Shown here: positions 59,725-64,000 of the stretch, in pieces
Layout of the letters: each line of letters begins with the position of its first letter
How positions within the stretch are numbered: the first letter of the stretch is position 1
Assembly: GCA_041690135.1 (NCBI GenBank)
Contig: JAWLHY010000004.1
Location: forward strand, 96,001 to 160,000
Direction of reading: 5' to 3'
Source: Armatimonadota bacterium
GTDB taxonomy: Bacteria; Armatimonadota; SYMT01
Length of the DNA: 64,000 bases
Position numbers and translations under genes: made by a program
Notes under the pieces: generated by a model
What the model was told of the DNA's origin: nothing
What the model saw: the letters and a program-made list of their open reading frames with translations, nothing else
The model's database searches: none

Positions 59725-59737
59725 CCGGAGTACGGCG

Positions 59738-59763
59738 GGTTTCGGACCCGGGTCGCCGGGAAC
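59738..59763 (+). promoter_or_regulatory. Putative SigB/SigF-type promoter GGTTT-N15-GGGAAC
   Basis: ggttt-cggacccgggtcgcc-gggaac, back-to-back with the hsp20 promoter. Confidence 0.55.
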
Positions 59764-59811
59764 AATCGGAAGAACATGAGACCGGATGTAGGTTGGAAGG
59801 AAAGGGACTCC

Positions 59812-60186
59812 ATGGGGAAAAAGCATCATACCGGCGATGTATCGCCCGCTGGCGAAGGCGGAGCAGGCACTATCCCAGGAGATGTGATTGGGGCAGGAGG
59901 CGTCACGGGAGGTCCGGGGGCTCACCACGCCACCGGGGCGGCCCCGCCGCGCACCGAATCGCTGGGTAGCCACGGCAGCCGCAGCGCGGGAGACACTCCC
60001 GATCCCGGGCGGGCGGGGGGTGGGGTTCCCGTGCAGCAAGGCGAAGGAGCGCTCGGCGACACCCTCCGGGAACACACGGTCGTTCCGGAAGCACCATGGG
60101 GTCTCACTTCCGGCGCGCCCTCGGGAGGTACGGCCGGCGGAACTCCCGCGCAGCAATTGGCCGAGGAAGAGGAAGAGCTGGAGTAG
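59812..60186 (+). CDS. Small Gly-rich, probably disordered hypothetical protein
   Basis: Purine-rich RBS, acidic C-terminus EEEEELE. Confidence 0.65.
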   Translation: MGKKHHTGDVSPAGEGGAGTIPGDVIGAGGVTGGPGAHHATGAAPPRTESLGSHGSRSAGDTPDPGRAGGGVPVQQGEGALGDTLREHTVVPEAPWGLTSGAPSGGTAGGTPAQQLAEEEEELE

Positions 60187-60207
60187 GGTCTCCGACCTCA
60201 GGTCGTT

Positions 60208-60236
60208 TTGACCCTCCGGGGTTCCCGTGGTAGGAT
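60208..60236 (+). promoter_or_regulatory. Sigma-70 promoter TTGACC-N17-TAGGAT with extended -10 TG
   Basis: Read directly, 30 nt upstream of the Fur-family start. Confidence 0.6.
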
Positions 60237-60265
60237 GTTTTCAACATCCAAGCGAGGGAACGCTC

Positions 60266-60697
60266 ATGACTCTTCACGAATATGTCGAACACTCGGTGAA
60301 CCGGCTGCGGGAGCAGGGTTTCCGCATCACCCGAGGCCGTCGCCTGGTGCTGGATGCTCTCTGGCGCGCGGAGAAACCGCTTTCACCCTACGCGCTCCAC
60401 GACGCGATCGCAGACCGTGGAGAGTCGGTGGATACGGTCAGCATCTACCGGACCCTGGAAACCCTGGAGGATCACGGCCTGGCGCACCGCGTCGCCTTCT
60501 CCGGTGGCTACCTTCCCTGCCGGCTGGAGGACCATCCCGGGTGTCATCATCACCTGATCTGCCGCGAATGCGGTCGCGTGGACGAGGTCGACTGCCCCGG
60601 AATGCATGCGGTGGAGCAAGACGCCGCGAAAGCTTCCGGCTACCGCATCGACCGCCACCTGGTGGAGTTCGTGGGCCTCTGCCCCACCTGCCAGTAG
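60266..60697 (+). CDS. fur: Fur family transcriptional regulator (Zur-like)
   Basis: GFRITRGRRLVL, SIYRTL, HHHLICRECG, HLVEFVGLCPTC. Confidence 0.9.
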   Translation: MTLHEYVEHSVNRLREQGFRITRGRRLVLDALWRAEKPLSPYALHDAIADRGESVDTVSIYRTLETLEDHGLAHRVAFSGGYLPCRLEDHPGCHHHLICRECGRVDEVDCPGMHAVEQDAAKASGYRIDRHLVEFVGLCPTCQ

Positions 60698-60712
60698 AGA
60701 ACTAACCACCGT

Positions 60713-60760
60713 CACGAATAAAGCGGGCGACGCCCTTCGGCCTCGCCCGCTTTATTCGTG
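60713..60760. terminator. Bidirectional terminator between the Fur-family and pilin genes
   Basis: Perfect 18-bp IR cacgaataaagcgggcga / tcgcccgctttattcgtg. Confidence 0.8.
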
Positions 60761-60771
60761 CATCCAGAGGA

Positions 60772-61914
60772 TCAGAGCTCCTCGTAGCCCTTCACCTCGA
60801 AGATTTTGGGGGTTGGCGGCGGATCGTCATCCCAGTCGGTCCACCGGGTGATGTCCGGAGTGCCTCCCAGGTCGATCGTTTCCGCGAGAATGCTTCCCAT
60901 GTACTTCGTTGTGCCCCGCAGGCGGACGCCGCCGTTCGGCGCGTAAATCACGCCTTTGAAGGTGCGGTTCCCCGTCAGGTCCGCGGCGGTAGCCGACGTG
61001 CTGGTGGTGATGAAGAGCAGACTTTCCAGGGCCGTGGACGGGTAGTTGAACTTGGCGTTCAGGCTGATCTCGCCGTCCACGATCACCGTCCCCTTGCCGG
61101 TGATTGGGCCCGCGATCGTGAGATCGCCCGTTACCCACACCACTCCATCTACATGGAAGCCGTTCGGCGAACTGGCCACCAGGTTTCCGTTGACCTTCCC
61201 CTTCACCCGGTCTCCGTCCTTCTCGTTAACGTTTCCCTGTGTGATCCCATCGGCAAGCGCCTGATCTTTCAGGCCCTGATCCACCTCCGGGAAGGTCATC
61301 GGCGGCACTCCCGAGACCATGCCCCGGGTTACGTTCGGACTTCCATTCTCGATCACGGTTCCGGACGCCGTTCCCTGTCCGTAAATATCCACCGCTGATC
61401 CGCTGAGTTCCAGATCGCCGTTGGCGTGGACATCACCCACGTTGGCCAAGGGAGAGGAGTCCACGGTGACGTTGCCGTGGATCCGGAAATCCTTCTTGGT
61501 CGCCAATGCCTTGTAGAACAGAGGCGGCACGTGCCCCGTCTCCAGCGTCACGCGCACACTGCGGGCGATGGTATACTGGCCTCCGCTCACGGTGCCGGTA
61601 GCGGTAACCACCCGCCGCCCGGGATGTCCCGCCGGGGTGGCTACGGTAACGGCGATGTTCCCGCCGCCGAAAGAAGTGGATGCCAGACCCTTCCAGTCCG
61701 GATTGCTCTTGATCTGCGAAATCGCTTCTTCCAGGGCTCCCTGCGCCAGGTTCAATGCAATGGTCGAATCTTTGCGGCGGAATGCCTGGCGGATACTGGT
61801 GCTGGCCATCCCGAATATGCCGATGCCCAGGATCGACATAAAGGTGATGATGATCATGCTCATCAGTAGCGCATAGCCGCGGCGGCTTCGCCTCTTTCCG
61901 CACCGGATCGTCAT
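60772..61914 (-). CDS. PilX-like minor pilin with beta-helix-like C-terminal region
   Basis: RRG|YALLMSM (no Glu5), ALNLAQGALEEA, GVIYAPNG, YEE C-terminus. Confidence 0.8.
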   Translation of the reverse strand: MTIRCGKRRSRRGYALLMSMIIITFMSILGIGIFGMASTSIRQAFRRKDSTIALNLAQGALEEAISQIKSNPDWKGLASTSFGGGNIAVTVATPAGHPGRRVVTATGTVSGGQYTIARSVRVTLETGHVPPLFYKALATKKDFRIHGNVTVDSSPLANVGDVHANGDLELSGSAVDIYGQGTASGTVIENGSPNVTRGMVSGVPPMTFPEVDQGLKDQALADGITQGNVNEKDGDRVKGKVNGNLVASSPNGFHVDGVVWVTGDLTIAGPITGKGTVIVDGEISLNAKFNYPSTALESLLFITTSTSATAADLTGNRTFKGVIYAPNGGVRLRGTTKYMGSILAETIDLGGTPDITRWTDWDDDPPPTPKIFEVKGYEEL

Positions 61915-61944
61915 CTGGATCTCCTCCCTCTCCCTGGCTCGCGT

Positions 61945-62547
61945 CTACAGGCGATTCCGGAGCAGTAACTCTTGCGATGTGGTGAAATAGCTGGTCTTGG
62001 TGCCGGTCGTGTTCGCTGTCTTGATCGTTACCGTCACCGTCTCCGGATCGTTGGCGGGATAGTAACTGAATTGGATGCCGTCCGCGGCAGCCACCACGAT
62101 CCGGCCCTTGCCGTTCTGGAGCGACCAGCCGCGGTCGGCGGTCCCGTTCACGGCGCGCCAGAGGATCGTGCCGTCTTTCACATCCATCTTGCCGCTGGTG
62201 TCCGACAGGTAGTACTTTTCCGTGACACCATCCTGCATCGGGATGATCAGGTTCCCGTTGGCGTCATACTTGGGCATCTGCAGCATCAGCACCGTAGAGG
62301 AAGACTGCGCCGAGAGTACTTTTCGTGCGGTGCGGACCTGGGGAGCCATCCGCTGCACGGCCATCTGCCCGGACATCTGGGCACTGCCGTCGGCCATGCC
62401 GTTCTGCCACACCCGCGAGTGAAAGCTGGCCATCCCCACCAGGAGCGTGGTCATCCACAGCGCAATGGTTCCCGCCACCATCACTTCGACCAGGCTCATT
62501 CCCCGGCGGATCCGCCGTTCCATTCCACGTTGATGCTGCATCCTCAT
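61945..62547 (-). CDS. Prepilin-type N-terminal cleavage/methylation protein (PilW-like)
   Basis: RRG|MSLVEVMVA; ends LRN. Confidence 0.82.
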   Translation of the reverse strand: MRMQHQRGMERRIRRGMSLVEVMVAGTIALWMTTLLVGMASFHSRVWQNGMADGSAQMSGQMAVQRMAPQVRTARKVLSAQSSSTVLMLQMPKYDANGNLIIPMQDGVTEKYYLSDTSGKMDVKDGTILWRAVNGTADRGWSLQNGKGRIVVAAADGIQFSYYPANDPETVTVTIKTANTTGTKTSYFTTSQELLLRNRL

Positions 62548-62598
62548 CGGTCTCTCCCGAAACTCCCCCGGACGATCGGTGCGTCCGGCCCACCCGCA

Positions 62599-63033
62599 TT
62601 AGCGCACGATCAGCGTCGTCAGCGTCACGTTCCCCTTGTCCAACCCGTATCCGGACCACTTGATACTGGCTTCCACCTTCAGCCTGCCGGTGTCGCTGCC
62701 GGTTGCATTCAGGCTGTCATTGACGCGGGTGAAAGTCACCGTCCCCGTGGCCTGCGTAAGGGCGTCGGGAGGGGTGAACTCCACTTTGGTGGACGTGCTT
62801 CCGGCGGAGATGGACGGGCAGGAGTTGTAACCCACGCTCCGGTAAACCTCCAACTCCTGCTGGCAGGCATTAGCGGCCAGGTCCATGTGCCGGCTGCGTG
62901 TAATCGTCTGCGAGGCATAGGGGAACGAGGCCCCGAATACGACCATGATGAGGCTGAGAAGCACCATCGCTATGATCGCTTCCGTAAGCGTGAAGCCCCG
63001 CCGGGCTCCGCGTCGGTGTATGCGTTGGGTCAT
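62599..63033 (-). CDS. Prepilin-type N-terminal cleavage/methylation protein (PilV-like)
   Basis: RRG|FTLTEAIIAM; ends VTLTTLI; start set at MTQRIH. Confidence 0.85.
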   Translation of the reverse strand: MTQRIHRRGARRGFTLTEAIIAMVLLSLIMVVFGASFPYASQTITRSRHMDLAANACQQELEVYRSVGYNSCPSISAGSTSTKVEFTPPDALTQATGTVTFTRVNDSLNATGSDTGRLKVEASIKWSGYGLDKGNVTLTTLIVR

Positions 63034-63475
63034 CAGGGGATTACCTCTGTCCTCCGTCTTCCGGTCCGTGGGTATTGTGCCCGACCCATCCGGAAGTTTG
63101 AGATGGAATTCGCCTCGAAAAAAGAATACGGGTTGACGAAAGTGATCTCCGTGAGCGAGTCTACCTGCCCGGTGTGAAACCCGACACACGTCGGGCCGAA
63201 TGTCCCCCAGGTACTGGCCGGGTTCCGGCACAATCGTCCTACTACACGCACAGCAAGCATTCCTGCGCTTTGCCATTCTTTTGACCTACGTCACCCGAGC
63301 TAGTCACTCCTACTTTCGGCGTAATCCCCTCTCGGATTTAGGGCCTGGTGTCCCGGTCACCGGTGGCCAGGGGGGACATAGCCTGCCCGCACGTTTCCCG
63401 GCCGGCATCCATCGGTATAACGGGCGGAGATATCCGCCATCTGACGGCGGCTGTAGCGGGACGGGAGCAAAGGAA

Positions 63476-64000
63476 ATGGCGATTGCGAGAGAGAGGCCGG
63501 AACCGCGGCGACTGAACTGGACCTGGGCGGTAGCCGCGGCGGTGTTGTTGCTGCTGGGACTGGGAGTATGGGCCTACCTCGGCTCACGGCCGGAGTCGGC
63601 GCAAGTGAGCCGGAGGACGATCGTCGCCACCGTACCCCTGGAGGGGGAGATCGTGGTGCCACCCGGCGAGCGAGCCGATGTGATGGCCCCCTATCGCGCG
63701 CCCGTAACCAAGGTGTACACCTCTGTGGGTGGGAACGTGAAGCGGGGTGAGACGCTGGTGGAGTTGTCGATGCCCTCCGTCCAGGCCGCCTACGAACAGG
63801 CCCGGCAGAATGTGCAGGCAGCCGAAACCGCGCTCGCGAACGCCAAAGCCAGCTACGGCGCCGAAGTAGCCGCGGCGCGAGAGCGCTTGAAGCAGGCCCG
63901 GGCCGCGGAAAAATCCGCTCTCCAACCCCCTCCGGTCCCGGCAACTCCGGATGCCGCGGATCCGGCGGTTACTATCCGCGAGCCCGTAGCGGAAGCCCAA
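63476..64000 (+). CDS. Efflux RND/HlyD-type periplasmic adaptor, N-terminal part (truncated by window end)
   Basis: Own translation from AGGA-ATG: MAIARERPEPRRLNWTWAVAAAVLLLLGLG...VTKVYTSVGGNVKRGETLVEL, followed by an Ala-rich coiled coil. Confidence 0.78.
   Translation, partial: MAIARERPEPRRLNWTWAVAAAVLLLLGLGVWAYLGSRPESAQVSRRTIVATVPLEGEIVVPPGERADVMAPYRAPVTKVYTSVGGNVKRGETLVELSMPSVQAAYEQARQNVQAAETALANAKASYGAEVAAARERLKQARAAEKSALQPPPVPATPDAADPAVTIREPVAEAQ

Noticed and set aside
63040-63470. c-di-GMP riboswitch or sigma-54 promoter upstream of the pilin genes
   Set aside because: A GGCAAA-like segment is present, but the GEMM architecture and GG-N10-GC spacing are not satisfied.

Overview
A GC-rich bacterial chromosome segment with about 60 genes. 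DUF1549/DUF1553/DUF1501 proteins, minor pilins and heptamer/octamer intergenic repeats suggest an Armatimonadota- or Planctomycetota-like organism (inference). Much is housekeeping or metabolism: gndA, iscS, ndk, hemL, a probable apsD/apnL apiose-oxidation pair, an ECF sigma/anti-sigma pair, a Fur-family regulator and PilV/W/X-like pilins. The main finding is a lasso-peptide-type RiPP cluster at about 43.5-49.7 kb. It encodes a nucleotidyltransferase, a B2 leader peptidase, a lasso cyclase, a 60-aa precursor (leader YxxPxIxxxGxxxxxT, predicted core DGGGAFVDGLGTSQI) and an HPr-kinase-like kinase. Its only PqqD/RRE domain is fused to a type I phosphoribosyltransferase, which suggests an undescribed phosphoribosyl or ADP-ribosyl-like peptide modification. 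Other observations are a hybrid kinase coupled to an ATP-site-degenerate pseudokinase, a shared SigB/SigF-like promoter motif before six genes that are mostly stress-related, a 216-nt in-frame heptamer-repeat hairpin inside a DUF1553 gene, and a Phd antitoxin coupled to an HD hydrolase instead of a toxin. No rRNA, tRNA, CRISPR array or intact IS was seen. All family calls come from motif recognition by eye; no searches were run.
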